Positions 11,948-21,665 of a stretch of 32,000 nt of DNA are shown here, piece by piece; position 1 is the stretch's first letter; the number at the start of each line of letters is the position of its first letter. The stretch is from NCBI RefSeq assembly GCF_042660085.1, contig NZ_JBHSTI010000008.1, forward strand, positions 240,001 through 272,000, given 5' to 3'. The position numbers and the translations under genes were made by a program. This stretch comes from Longivirga aurantiaca (GTDB taxonomy: Bacteria; Actinomycetota; Actinomycetes; S36-B12; CAIYMF01). Below the pieces are notes generated by a model. The model searched no databases and was not told where the DNA came from. It worked only from the letters and a program-made list of their open reading frames with translations.

Positions 11948-13072
11948 GTGACCGAGATCGAGATCGGCCGCTCCAAGCGCGCGCGTCCGGCGTACAACCT
12001 CGACGACATCGCGATCGTGCCGAGCCGGCGCACCCGCGACCCCGAGGCGGTGTCGGTGGCCTGGCGCATCGACGCGTACACGTTCGACACCCCGGTGCTG
12101 GCCGCGCCCATGGACTCCGTCGTCTCGCCCGCGACGGCGATCGAGATCGGCCGCCTCGGCGGTCTCGGCGTGCTCGACCTCGACGGCCTCTGGACCCGGT
12201 ACGACGACCCCGCGCCGCTGCTGGCCGAGATCGCCGAGCTCCCCGAGGCGGGCGTCACCAAGCGCCTGCAGGAGATGTACTCCGCGCCGATCCGCGAGGA
12301 GCTGATCGCGACGCGCATCGCCGAGATCCGCGCCGGCGGCGTCACCGTCGCGGCCGCGCTCTCGCCCGTGCGCACGGCGCAGTTCGCCAAGGCCGTCGTC
12401 GACGCCGGCGTCGACATCTTCGTCATCCGCGGCACCACCGTGAGCGCCGAGCACGTGCCCGCGCCCGAGTCGACGCGCGAGCCGCTCAACCTCAAGCAGT
12501 TCATCTACGAGCTCGACGTGCCCGTGATCGTCGGCGGCTGCTCGACGTACCAGGCTGCGCTGCACCTGATGCGCACGGGCGCAGCCGGCGTGCTGGTCGG
12601 CTTCGGCGGCGGCGCGGCCCACACGACCCGCGACGTGCTCGGGGTCCGCGTGCCCATGGCGTCGGCGATCGCCGACGTCGCGGCTGCGCGCCGCGACTAC
12701 ATGGACGAGTCCGGCGGCCGGTACGTGCACGTCATCGCCGACGGCGGCATGGGGCGCTCGGGCGACCTGCCCAAGGCGATCGCCTGCGGGGCGGATGCGG
12801 TCATGGTCGGCTCGCCTCTCGCGCGCGCCACCGAGGCCCCCGGGCACGGGGCGCACTGGGGGATCGAGGCCACCCACGCCGAGCTCCCGCGCGGTGAGCG
12901 CGTGCAGCTCGGCACGGTCGGCCCGCTCGCGCAGATCCTGCACGGGCCGTCGTCCCAGCCCGACGGCACGATGAACCTGGTCGGCGCGCTGCGCCGCGCG
13001 ATGGCCACCACGGGCTACTCCGACCTCAAGGAGTTCCAGCGCGTCGAGGTCGTCGTCAACGCAGCCCGCTGA
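11948..13072 (+). CDS. guaB3: GuaB3-family IMP dehydrogenase-related protein
   Basis: MTEIEIGRSKRARPAYNLDDIAIVPSRRTRDPEAVSVAWRIDAYTFDTPVLAAPMDSVVSPATAIEIGRLGGLGVLDLDGLWTRYDDP... Confidence 0.97.
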   Translation: MTEIEIGRSKRARPAYNLDDIAIVPSRRTRDPEAVSVAWRIDAYTFDTPVLAAPMDSVVSPATAIEIGRLGGLGVLDLDGLWTRYDDPAPLLAEIAELPEAGVTKRLQEMYSAPIREELIATRIAEIRAGGVTVAAALSPVRTAQFAKAVVDAGVDIFVIRGTTVSAEHVPAPESTREPLNLKQFIYELDVPVIVGGCSTYQAALHLMRTGAAGVLVGFGGGAAHTTRDVLGVRVPMASAIADVAAARRDYMDESGGRYVHVIADGGMGRSGDLPKAIACGADAVMVGSPLARATEAPGHGAHWGIEATHAELPRGERVQLGTVGPLAQILHGPSSQPDGTMNLVGALRRAMATTGYSDLKEFQRVEVVVNAAR

Positions 13073-13159
13073 CGCCAGCGCCGGGTGCCGTCAGGTGCGC
13101 GGTGGAGCACGATCGCTCCCTGGCTACCGACCGGTAACCGCAGCGGCTACCCTCGCGGC

Positions 13160-14779
13160 ATGAGCGCCGAGGCTGACGTCCGAACCCTGCCCGACACCGT
13201 CCCTCCGCAGGTCCCGATCAGGGTGCAGAACCCGGCTGCGCTCGACGACGCGCTCGTGCGCCGGCTGCTGCGGCACGCGGTGGTGGGCGCTCGACCGGTG
13301 CTTCACGACACCGTCGCGCCGTTCACCGGTGAGCGTGCGACGACGCTGCCGATCTCGACCGAGGCCGACGTCGAGCACGCCTTCGCGATGTCGCGCCGGG
13401 CGCAGCGGGCCTGGGCCCAGCGCACCCCGCGCGAGCGCGCCCGCGTGCTCCTGCGCTTCCACGACCTCGTGCTCGCGCAGCAGGCCGAGGTGATGGACGT
13501 CGCGCAGATCGAGACGGGCAAGGCACGGCGCGACGCCTACGAGGAGCTCGCCGACTGCGCCCTCACCTCGCGCCACTACGCGCGCGTCGGGCCGCGCATG
13601 CTGTCGTCGGAGCGCCACCTCGGCGTGTTCCCGGTGCTGACCCGGGCCACGCTGCACCACCACGCCAAGGGCGTCGTCGGCATCATCTCGCCCTGGAACT
13701 ACCCGATCAGCCTCGCCGTCACCGACGCGCTGCCGGCGCTGCTCGCGGGTAACGGCGTCGTCCTGCGGCCCGACCTGCAGACCACCGTCACGGCGCTGCG
13801 GATGGTCGACCTCCTCGTCGAGGCCGGCCTGCCCGAGGGGCTCATGAACGTCGTCATCGGCGACGGACCGCACATCGGCCCGCACGTGGTCGAGCGAGCC
13901 GACTACGTGATGTTCACCGGGTCCACCCGCGTGGGCCGCGACATCGCGCGGCGGTGCGGCGAGCGCCTCATCGCCTGCTCGCTCGAGCTCGGCGGCAAGA
14001 ACGCCGTGGTCGTGCGCGCGGATGCCGACCTCGAGCGCTCCGCCGAGATCGCCGAGCGCGCCTCGTTCGCCAACGCCGGCCAGCTCTGCATCGGCACCGA
14101 GCGGGTGCTCGTGCACGAGTCGATCGTCGACGACTTCCTGCGGCTGTTCCTCGCCCGCGTCGAGGCGCTGCGCCTGGTGCCGTACGTCGGCTGGGGCGCG
14201 GGCATGGGGTCGCTCGTCTCTGCGCGGCAGCTCGAGAAGGTGAGCCACCACGTCGACGACGCGGTCGCGAAGGGGGCGCGGGTGCTCACCGGCGGCCAGC
14301 CCCTCCCGGACGTCGGGCCGTTCTACTACGCGCCGACGGTGCTGGCCGACGTCACCGCCGAGATGGCAGTCTGCCGCGAGGAGACGTTCGGGCCGGTGGC
14401 GAGCGTCTACACGTTCCGCACCGACGACGACGCCGTCGCGATGGCCAACGACACCGAGTACGGACTCAACGGCGCAGTGCTCACGCGCGACACCCGGGCC
14501 GGCCTTGCGCTGGCTCGCCGTATCCATGCGGGCACGGTCAACGTCAACGAGGCCTACGGCGCCACCTGGGGCTCGATCAGCGCGCCTATGGGTGGGATGA
14601 AGGACTCGGGCCTCGGTCGGCGGCACGGCGTCGAGGGCCTGATGAAGTACACCGAGCCGCAGACCGTCGCGGTCCAGAGCCTCATCGGCTTCGGGTCCCC
14701 GTTCGGCCGCACCGACGAGCAGTGGGCCGGCCTCATGACCACCGCCTTCAAGGCCCTGAAGACGCTGAGGGTGAAGTGA
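13160..14779 (+). CDS. Succinic semialdehyde dehydrogenase (aldehyde dehydrogenase family)
   Basis: 540 aa with GVVGIISPWNYPISLAVTDALPALLAGNGVVLRPDLQT, FTGSTRVGR, SLELGGKNAVVV, FANAGQLCIGTERV and GMKDSGLGRRHG. Confidence 0.93.
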   Translation: MSAEADVRTLPDTVPPQVPIRVQNPAALDDALVRRLLRHAVVGARPVLHDTVAPFTGERATTLPISTEADVEHAFAMSRRAQRAWAQRTPRERARVLLRFHDLVLAQQAEVMDVAQIETGKARRDAYEELADCALTSRHYARVGPRMLSSERHLGVFPVLTRATLHHHAKGVVGIISPWNYPISLAVTDALPALLAGNGVVLRPDLQTTVTALRMVDLLVEAGLPEGLMNVVIGDGPHIGPHVVERADYVMFTGSTRVGRDIARRCGERLIACSLELGGKNAVVVRADADLERSAEIAERASFANAGQLCIGTERVLVHESIVDDFLRLFLARVEALRLVPYVGWGAGMGSLVSARQLEKVSHHVDDAVAKGARVLTGGQPLPDVGPFYYAPTVLADVTAEMAVCREETFGPVASVYTFRTDDDAVAMANDTEYGLNGAVLTRDTRAGLALARRIHAGTVNVNEAYGATWGSISAPMGGMKDSGLGRRHGVEGLMKYTEPQTVAVQSLIGFGSPFGRTDEQWAGLMTTAFKALKTLRVK

Positions 14780-16491
14780 GCACGCACTACGACGTCCTGG
14801 TCGTCGGCTCCGGCTTCGGTGGCTCGGTCACCGCCCTGCGCCTGACCGAGAAGGGCTACAACGTCGGGGTCCTCGAGGCCGGGCGCCGCTTCGCCGACGA
14901 GGACTTCGCCAAGACCTCCTGGCGGGTGCGCAAGTTCCTGTGGGCGCCGAAGCTGGGTCTCTACGGCATCCAGCGCATCCACCTGCTGCCCGACGTGCTC
15001 GTGCTCTGCGGCGCCGGCGTCGGCGGCGGCTCGCTCGTCTACGCCAACACGCTCTACGTGCCACCGAAGGAGTTCTTCCAGGACCCGCAGTGGGCGGGGA
15101 TCACCGACTGGCAGTCCGAGCTCCTGCCGTACTACGACCAGGCGTCGCGCATGCTCGGCGTCACCGACGTCCCCTATCCGACGCCGCTCGACCACGTCTT
15201 CAAGTCGGTGGCCGAGGACATGGGCGTGGGGCACACCTTCAAGCTCACGCCGGTCGGCGTGTACTTCGGCGAGGGCCCCGGCGTCACCAAGCCCGATCCG
15301 TTCTTCGGAGGCGTCGGCCCGGAGCGCTCGGGCTGCCAGCAGTGCGGCTCGTGCATGACGGGCTGCCGGCACAACGCGAAGAACACGATGCCCAAGAACT
15401 ACCTGGGGCTCGCCGAGGCCGCGGGCGCCACCGTGCACCCGCTGACCACGGTGCTCTCGATCCGTCCGCGGCCGCAGGGCGGCTACTGGGTCGAGACCAC
15501 GCGCACCGGCCCGATCGGCAAGCGGCGTACCTTCACCGCCGACCAGGTCGTGGTCGCGGCGGGCACGTACAACACGCAGAAGCTGCTGCACCGCATGAAG
15601 GACTCGGGCTTCCTGCCGCGGCTGTCGAACCGTCTCGGTGTCATGTCGCGCACCAACAGCGAGTCGATCGTGGGCGCGGTGGCGCGCAGCAACGACACCG
15701 ACTTCACGCCCGGCGTCGCGATCACGTCGTCGTTCTTCCCGGACGAGCGCACCCACGTGGAGCCCGTGCGCTACGGCAAGGGCAGCAACCTCATGGGGAT
15801 GCTCGGCACGATCCTGACCGACGGCAAGGTCGGCACCCCGCGCTGGAAGGTGTGGGTGCACGACATGGCCGCGAGCCCGCGCGACGCCGTGCGCTCGCTG
15901 TCGGTGCGCCGCTGGTCGGAGAAGGGTGCGATCGCTCTCGTGATGCAGTCGGTCGACAACTCGATCACGGTCAGCACGATCAAGACCCGGCTCGGACGCC
16001 GCAAGCTCACCTCGCGCCAGGGCGACGGCGAGCCGAACCCCACCTGGATCCCGGCGGCGAACGACGCCGCGCGGCGGATCGCCGAGAAGATCGACGGCTT
16101 CCCGATGGGGCAGCTCGGCGACCTGCTCGACGCGCCGATGACCGCGCACTTCGTGGGCGGCGCGTGCATCGGTGCCGATGCCGACCACGGCGTGATCGAC
16201 GGCTACCACCGTGTCTTCGGCCACGAGGGTCTGCACGTGGTCGACGGCGCGGCCATCTCGGCCAACCTCGGCGTCAACCCGTCGCTCACCATCACCGCGC
16301 AGGCCGAGCGCGCGATGGCGCTGTGGCCCAACAAGGGCGACGCGGACCAGCGACCGCCGCTCGGCTCGGAGTACGTGCCGGTGCCCGCGGTCTCACCGCG
16401 CGGACCCGTCGTACCCGCGCACGCACCGGCCGCCCTGCGCCTGCCGATCGTCGACATCCGCCACGCCGACCGCGCCGTCCCCACCGACTGA
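14776..16491 (+). CDS. FAD-dependent GMC oxidoreductase (cholesterol-oxidase-like), GTG start overlapping the upstream stop by 4 nt
   Basis: VSTHYDVLVVGSGFGGSVTALRLTEKGYNVGVLEAGRRF..., CGAGVGGGSLVYANTLY, MTGCRHNAKNTMPKNYLGLAE, C-terminal VVDGAAISANLGVNPSLTITAQAERA. Confidence 0.93.
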   Translation: MSTHYDVLVVGSGFGGSVTALRLTEKGYNVGVLEAGRRFADEDFAKTSWRVRKFLWAPKLGLYGIQRIHLLPDVLVLCGAGVGGGSLVYANTLYVPPKEFFQDPQWAGITDWQSELLPYYDQASRMLGVTDVPYPTPLDHVFKSVAEDMGVGHTFKLTPVGVYFGEGPGVTKPDPFFGGVGPERSGCQQCGSCMTGCRHNAKNTMPKNYLGLAEAAGATVHPLTTVLSIRPRPQGGYWVETTRTGPIGKRRTFTADQVVVAAGTYNTQKLLHRMKDSGFLPRLSNRLGVMSRTNSESIVGAVARSNDTDFTPGVAITSSFFPDERTHVEPVRYGKGSNLMGMLGTILTDGKVGTPRWKVWVHDMAASPRDAVRSLSVRRWSEKGAIALVMQSVDNSITVSTIKTRLGRRKLTSRQGDGEPNPTWIPAANDAARRIAEKIDGFPMGQLGDLLDAPMTAHFVGGACIGADADHGVIDGYHRVFGHEGLHVVDGAAISANLGVNPSLTITAQAERAMALWPNKGDADQRPPLGSEYVPVPAVSPRGPVVPAHAPAALRLPIVDIRHADRAVPTD

Positions 16492-16497
16492 GGTCCT

Positions 16498-16559
16498 CGA
16501 GTTACTGCCCGAATGGTCGCTGAGCGACGCCGCTCAACGACCATTCGGGCAGTAGCTCG
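16498..16559. repeat. Long near-perfect inverted repeat in a convergent intergenic gap
   Basis: cgagttactgcccgaatggtcgctgagcg-acgc-cgctcaacgaccattcgggcagtagctcg: 29-nt arms, 27/29 matching, 4-nt spacer. Confidence 0.85.
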
Positions 16560-16561
16560 GG

Positions 16562-17116
16562 TCAGTGCTGGACGGCGTAGCGCAGGAGCACGAAGCCTTC
16601 GTCGTAGGTGCGCTGCTCGAGCAGGGTGAGCCGGTGGCGTACGCCGTCCGGCAGGGCCGCGAGACCGCCGCCGACGATTGCCGGCACGAGGAAGAGCCGC
16701 ACCTCGTCGACCAGACCGGCGCGCCAGGCCTCGGCGGCGAGGGTGGGGCCGCCGATCTCGACGTCGTGCGGGGCCGCCTCGACGAGCGCGCGCACCGCTT
16801 CGACGTCGAAGGCCCGCACCAGGCGGGTGCGTGGCGCGCTGACCTCGGCGAGCGTGGTCGAGAAGACGACCTTCTCGACGCCGGACCAGATCCGCGCGAA
16901 GTCGGCCTCGGGGTCGTCGCCCTCGGTCGGCGCGGTCTCCCAGTACGTCATGACCTCGTAGGTGCGGCGGCCGAGCAGCTGCGTGCCGACGCCGCGCTCG
17001 AGGTCGTTCACCGCCTGGTGCACCTCGGCGGTCGGGAAGGCGAACTCGAACGAGCCCTCGGTGTCGGCGACGTAGCCGTCGACGGAGCAGATCGCGGTGA
17101 CCAGGAGGCGTCCCAT
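16562..17116 (-). CDS. Dihydrofolate reductase family protein (RibD C-terminal-like)
   Basis: MGRLLVTAICSVDGYVADTEGSFEFAFP...QLLGRRTYEVMTYWE...IWSGVEKVVFSTTL...DVEIGGPTLAAEAWRAGLVDEVRLFLVPAIVGGG. Confidence 0.93.
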   Translation of the reverse strand: MGRLLVTAICSVDGYVADTEGSFEFAFPTAEVHQAVNDLERGVGTQLLGRRTYEVMTYWETAPTEGDDPEADFARIWSGVEKVVFSTTLAEVSAPRTRLVRAFDVEAVRALVEAAPHDVEIGGPTLAAEAWRAGLVDEVRLFLVPAIVGGGLAALPDGVRHRLTLLEQRTYDEGFVLLRYAVQH

Positions 17117-17189
17117 CCGACGAGCGTGCCAGGTGGTGCGTCCGCCTCCAAGCGCTCCGGGCGGCTGCCGGACCCGTGCCGCTGACGCG

Positions 17190-17825
17190 TCACACGACCT
17201 GGGACGCGGCGGCTCGCGGCTCGACTGCCGTCCGCACGGACGACCCGGTCAGAGCGAGGAGGGCGGCCAGTGCGAACAGGACGCCGATGAGCACCTCGTA
17301 CACCGGGCCGTCGAAGGGGAGCGGCACGAGCGTGATGGCGCCCGCGGCGGCCAGTGTGAGCCAGCTGCTCCGTCGCACGGTGCGGGTACGGGCCACCGCA
17401 GCCGCAAGGACGAGCAGGGTCGCGTTCGCGATCCAGGCCAGGAGGGCCCCTGTGTCCAGGCGCGTGCCCTGGGACGTGGCGCTGTCGAGCACCGCCGGGG
17501 CCAGCTTGGCGACGGTGTCGCTGATGAAGAGGTCGCACCAGATCCAGCCGATGTTGAGGGCGAGGCCACCGATGGCGAGCGCGTACGCCGTCATCAGGAA
17601 CCGGCCACCGCGCTCGGAGCAGAGCGCGACGAGGCCGGTGATGCCGAGCACCATGCCGACCGCACCGAGCAGGCGCAGGGCGCTGGCCAGCACGAACGCT
17701 GTCGTCGTCGTCTGCACGGACAGCGGTTGTCCGCCGGCCGTGACCAACGCGAGCCCTGAGCCCAGCGCGAGCAGCGCGCCCCCGGCGACGCCGACGACGA
17801 GCCCGAAGCGGATGAAGCGGTCCAT
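17190..17825 (-). CDS. Multi-pass integral membrane protein, hypothetical
   Basis: 211 aa hydrophobic ORF MDRFIRFGLVVGVAGGALLALGSGLALVTAGGQPLSVQTTTTAFVLASALRLLGAVGMVLG... Confidence 0.75.
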   Translation of the reverse strand: MDRFIRFGLVVGVAGGALLALGSGLALVTAGGQPLSVQTTTTAFVLASALRLLGAVGMVLGITGLVALCSERGGRFLMTAYALAIGGLALNIGWIWCDLFISDTVAKLAPAVLDSATSQGTRLDTGALLAWIANATLLVLAAAVARTRTVRRSSWLTLAAAGAITLVPLPFDGPVYEVLIGVLFALAALLALTGSSVRTAVEPRAAASQVV

Positions 17826-18012
17826 GGTCCCTCCACTCGACGTCGCGGTGGGGAGGGTCTCGCCCGGCGATCCGCGGCGCCATCTCGACGCTAGGGATCA
17901 GGCGGGGGCTGCCGCGCCTGCCGCGAGGCCCGTCTTCGGTGCCGAGCGGCGCACACGCGCCTCTCCCGATCGGCAGAGGACGCGAGACCCATCGCGGGGC
18001 TAGCCTTCCGGC

Positions 18013-19161
18013 GTGCTGGCGGATCCCCGTGAGACCTGGCGGCGTCGCGGCGCCTGGGCGCTCGACGTCGTGATCGCCCTGGGGCTGGGTGCGCTCGGGG
18101 CGTCGGACGGGCTCCACTCGGGCGACTTCCCCTACAACGGTGCAGCGACTGCGGCACTCATGGGTCTCGCGGGCGCGGTGCTGGTCCTGCGCCGCGTTCT
18201 GCCCCTCACCAGCTTCACCATCTCGCTCGGCGCGATGACCCTCATCGCACTCCTCTACGGCACCTACCAGTCCGGTGCGTCGGTCCTCATCGCCGTCGTG
18301 GCGGTGTTCTCGGCGGCGTCGTACGGGGCCAACCTGCCGTACGTCATCGCGGTGTGCTTCGGCTTCGACGCCGCCCTCAGCGTGAGCGCGCCGACCGCGG
18401 GGGTGCTTCCGACCGTGGTCTTCACGACCCTGCTGCTCGCGGTCGTCGCGGCCGCCGGTGTGGGTGCCCGACGGCTGCGCGATCTGCTCACGGAGGCCCG
18501 CAGCCAGGCGGCGGCGAGCGGGCTGCGCGCCGAGCAGGAGCGGGCGGAGGCAGCGACCGCGGAGCGGTCGCGCATCGCTCGCGAGCTGCACGACATCCTC
18601 GCTCACGGGCTCGGCGTCGTCGTGCTGCAGACGGGTGCGGCCGATCACGCGCTCGACTTCGACCCGGCTCTCGCCCGTGCCTCGGTGCGTGCTGCACGCA
18701 GCACCGCCGAGCAGGCGATCGCGCAGCTGGAGACGCTCGTCGCCGTCGTTCGCGAGGAGCGGCCGTCCGCCACCTCGCCGCAGCCGACGATCTCCGACGT
18801 GCCGTCGCTCGCCGTGGATGCATCGATGCCCGGGTTCGAGGTCCGGTGCGACGTCCGCGGCGACTCGAGTCGGGCGCCGGCGCAGATCCAGGCATCGGCC
18901 TACCGCATCGCGCAGGAGGGGATCACCAACGCCCTCAAGCACTCAGGCGGCACGACCTGCTCGGTGTCGGTCGACTGCACCCCGGTCGCTGTCAGGGTCG
19001 AGGTGGTGGACGACGGGCCCGGGCGCGAGGGGGGTGCCGGCCTGAGGATGGGGCTGGCGGGCATCCAGGAACGGGTCGCCGTGTTCGGCGGACGGATGAC
19101 TGCCGGGCCCGCTCCGGCCGGCGGGTGGGCCCTGCTCGCCGAGATCCCCGTGCCCGCATGA
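18013..19161 (+). CDS. Two-component sensor histidine kinase (NarL/FixJ-partner type, HisKA_3)
   Basis: ERSRIARELHDILAHGLGVVVLQTGAADHAL...YRIAQEGITNALKHSGGTTCSVSVD...VVDDGPGREGGAGLRMGLAGIQERVAVFGG. Confidence 0.95.
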   Translation: MLADPRETWRRRGAWALDVVIALGLGALGASDGLHSGDFPYNGAATAALMGLAGAVLVLRRVLPLTSFTISLGAMTLIALLYGTYQSGASVLIAVVAVFSAASYGANLPYVIAVCFGFDAALSVSAPTAGVLPTVVFTTLLLAVVAAAGVGARRLRDLLTEARSQAAASGLRAEQERAEAATAERSRIARELHDILAHGLGVVVLQTGAADHALDFDPALARASVRAARSTAEQAIAQLETLVAVVREERPSATSPQPTISDVPSLAVDASMPGFEVRCDVRGDSSRAPAQIQASAYRIAQEGITNALKHSGGTTCSVSVDCTPVAVRVEVVDDGPGREGGAGLRMGLAGIQERVAVFGGRMTAGPAPAGGWALLAEIPVPA

Positions 19162-19799
19162 CCGTGTCGGTGGTGCTCGCCGACGACCAGTCCGTGGTCC
19201 GCGCAGGCCTCACGACCATCCTCGCTCCGCACGACGACCTCGCCGTGGTCGCAGAGGCGGCGGACGGCTACGAGGCGATCGAGGCTGTGCTGAGGCTCGA
19301 CCCGGACGTCGTGCTGATGGACGTGCGCATGCCGCGGCTCGACGGCGTGGCGGCGACCCGCGAGCTCGTCGACCGGGGGGTGCGGACCCGGATCTGCGTG
19401 CTCACGACGTACGGGCTGGAGGACGTCGTCCACGACGCCCTGGCCGCCGGTGCCAGCGGCTTCCTCCTCAAGACGGACCCGCCCGAGCGCATCGTGTCCG
19501 CGCTCCGGCGCCTGGCCGAGGGCGAGCCGGTGCTCTCGCCGGCGACGGTCGAGCAGATCGTGGCCAAGTACGTCTCCGCCCCGCGGCCCGCCCCGGTCGA
19601 CCTCGTCGAGGTACTCACCCAGCGCGAGCGCTCGGTCTACCTGCTGGTCGCCCGTGGCCTCACCAACCGCGAGATCGCCGGTGAGCTCTCGCTGGGCGAG
19701 GGCACGGTGAAGTCGCATGTCGCGCACCTGCTCACCAAGCTGGGCCTTCGCGACCGCATCCAGGTCGTCATCCACGCACATCGTCACGGTCTCGTCTGA
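19158..19799 (+). CDS. NarL/FixJ-family response regulator, 4-nt overlap with kinase
   Basis: MTVSVVLADDQSVVRAGLTTILAPHDDLAVVAEAADGYEAIEAVLRLDPDVVLMDVRMPRLDGVAATRELV...LTQRERSVYLLVARGLTNREIAGELSLGEGTVKSHVAHLLTKLGLRDRIQ. Confidence 0.96.
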   Translation: MTVSVVLADDQSVVRAGLTTILAPHDDLAVVAEAADGYEAIEAVLRLDPDVVLMDVRMPRLDGVAATRELVDRGVRTRICVLTTYGLEDVVHDALAAGASGFLLKTDPPERIVSALRRLAEGEPVLSPATVEQIVAKYVSAPRPAPVDLVEVLTQRERSVYLLVARGLTNREIAGELSLGEGTVKSHVAHLLTKLGLRDRIQVVIHAHRHGLV

Positions 19800-19887
19800 G
19801 CGGTGCTCCGCCCCGGAACCGGGCCCAGTGGGTAGCACCCCGGGCCTCTTGCGCCCAGGGGCACCCTCATGAGAACACTGACGAGGG

Positions 19888-21633
19888 TCAGTCGGCGTCC
19901 TGCCAGCTGCGCCACAGCGCCGCGTAGGCGCCGTCGGCCGCGACGAGCTCGTCGTGGCTGCCCAGCTCGGTGATGCGACCGCCGTCGACCACCGCGATGC
20001 GGTCGGCGTCGTACGCCGTGTGCAGCCGGTGCGCGATCGCGATGACCGTACGGCCCTCGAGCACGGCGTCGAGCGAGCGCTCGAGGTGGCGAGCGGCGCG
20101 CGGGTCGAGCAGCGACGTCGCCTCGTCGAGGACGAGCGTGTGCGGGTCGGCCAGGATCAGCCGCGCGAGCGCGAGCTGCTGCGACTGCCCGGGTGCGAGA
20201 CCGTGCCCGCCGGTGCCGACACGGGTGCCGAGGCCGTCGGGGAGCTCGGCCACCCACGGCGTCGCGTCGACGGCGTCGAGCGCGGCGAGCAGCGCCTCGT
20301 CGTCGGCGTCGGGACGTGCCAGCAGGAGGTTGTCGCGCACGGTGCCCACGAACACGTGGTGCTCCTGGTTCACGAGCGCCACCTGGGTGCGCACCGCCTC
20401 GGCGGTCATCATCGACAGCGCGGCGCCGCCCATCTCCACCGTTCCGGTCCGCGGGGCGTAGATGCCTGCGAGCAGACGGCCGAGCGTGGACTTGCCTGCG
20501 CCCGAAGGCCCAACGAGCGCAAGGCGTTCGCCGGGTGCGACGTCGAGGTCGATGCCGTGCAGCACGTCGCGGCCGGCGCGGTAGCCGAAGCGCACGTCGT
20601 CGACGACGAGCCGGTCGTCGACGGGCGAGAGCGACGGGTCGGTCTCGGGGTCGGGCACCTCCTGCACGCCGACCAGGCGCGCGAGCGACGCCTGGCCCAC
20701 CTGCAGCTCGTCGTACCACATGAGAATCAGGTCGATCGGCTCGACGAGCATCTGCGTGAGCAGCAGGGCGGTGGTGAGCTGGCCGATCGAGATCGTGCCC
20801 TGCGACACGAGCCACCCGCCGTACGCCAGCACCCCGACGAGCGGGATGACGTACCCCGCCTCGATCACCGGGAACCAGCACGTGCGCAGCCAGAGCGTGT
20901 AGCGCTCCCAGGAGATCCAGCGCGCGATCCGCGCGTCGGTGATCGCGGTGCGCTGCGGCCCGAGGCGGTAGAGCTCGGTGGTCTGGCCGGCATCGACCGT
21001 CTCGGCGATCGACGCGCTGACGGAGGCGTACGTCGCCGACTCGGCGCGGTACGACTGAGGCGCCCGCTTGAAGTACCACCGCGACGACACCACGAGCAGC
21101 GGCACCGAGACCAGCCAGACCACCGCGAGCTGCGGGGCGGTGATGACGAGCGCGCCTCCCACGAACAGGCCGGTGATGCAGGCGATCACGATCTCGGGCA
21201 CGGCGTCGCGCACCGCGTGGTTGAGACGGTCGACGTCGGTCGTGGTGCGCGACACGAGATCGCCCGTGCCGGCCCGCTCGACCACGCCGGTGGGCAGATT
21301 CACGGCGCGCGCGAGGAAGTCCTCGCGCAGGTCGGCGAGCACCTCCTCGCCGAGGATCCCCGCGCGCAGCCGCGTGATGCGGGTGAACACGGTCTGGATC
21401 ACGAGCGCCACGAGGAAGACTCCCGCGGCGAGGTCGACGCGGGCGGTCGAGAGGTCGGTGGACAGGCCCTCGACGAGGCCGCCGAGCACGATCGGCCCGA
21501 CGAGCGCCGCACCCGCTGCCACCGTGTGCGCGGCGATCACGATCCCGAACGCGCGGCGGTGACGGCGGAACAGCGAGCGCACGTAGCGACGCAGGGTGGC
21601 CTCGCCCGCGATGGGCAGCGACGTGCCCGTCAT
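19888..21633 (-). CDS. ABC transporter ATP-binding/permease protein, exporter subunit 2
   Basis: MTGTSLPIAGEATLRRYVRSLFRRHRRAFG... with VGPSGAGKSTLGRLLAG, GLAPGQSQQLALARLILADPHTLVLDEATS. The 1148-aa ORF call extends out of frame into the upstream gene. Confidence 0.95.
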   Translation of the reverse strand: MTGTSLPIAGEATLRRYVRSLFRRHRRAFGIVIAAHTVAAGAALVGPIVLGGLVEGLSTDLSTARVDLAAGVFLVALVIQTVFTRITRLRAGILGEEVLADLREDFLARAVNLPTGVVERAGTGDLVSRTTTDVDRLNHAVRDAVPEIVIACITGLFVGGALVITAPQLAVVWLVSVPLLVVSSRWYFKRAPQSYRAESATYASVSASIAETVDAGQTTELYRLGPQRTAITDARIARWISWERYTLWLRTCWFPVIEAGYVIPLVGVLAYGGWLVSQGTISIGQLTTALLLTQMLVEPIDLILMWYDELQVGQASLARLVGVQEVPDPETDPSLSPVDDRLVVDDVRFGYRAGRDVLHGIDLDVAPGERLALVGPSGAGKSTLGRLLAGIYAPRTGTVEMGGAALSMMTAEAVRTQVALVNQEHHVFVGTVRDNLLLARPDADDEALLAALDAVDATPWVAELPDGLGTRVGTGGHGLAPGQSQQLALARLILADPHTLVLDEATSLLDPRAARHLERSLDAVLEGRTVIAIAHRLHTAYDADRIAVVDGGRITELGSHDELVAADGAYAALWRSWQDAD

Positions 21634-21665
21634 GGTGCTCGCGGCGACGGCGTCCTCGGGCGGCC

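Noticed and set aside
13131-13146. Short dyad TACCG-ac-CGGTA before the SSADH gene
   Set aside because: Only 5-bp arms; too likely by chance in GC-rich DNA to report as an operator.
13085-14626. 500-aa minus-strand ORF (13124-14626) and N-terminal extension of the SSADH ORF
   Set aside because: The minus ORF is an antisense shadow; the extension upstream of ATG 13160 has no protein-like features.
14554-16236. 560-aa minus-strand ORF
   Set aside because: Antisense shadow of the GMC oxidoreductase with biased composition and no motif.
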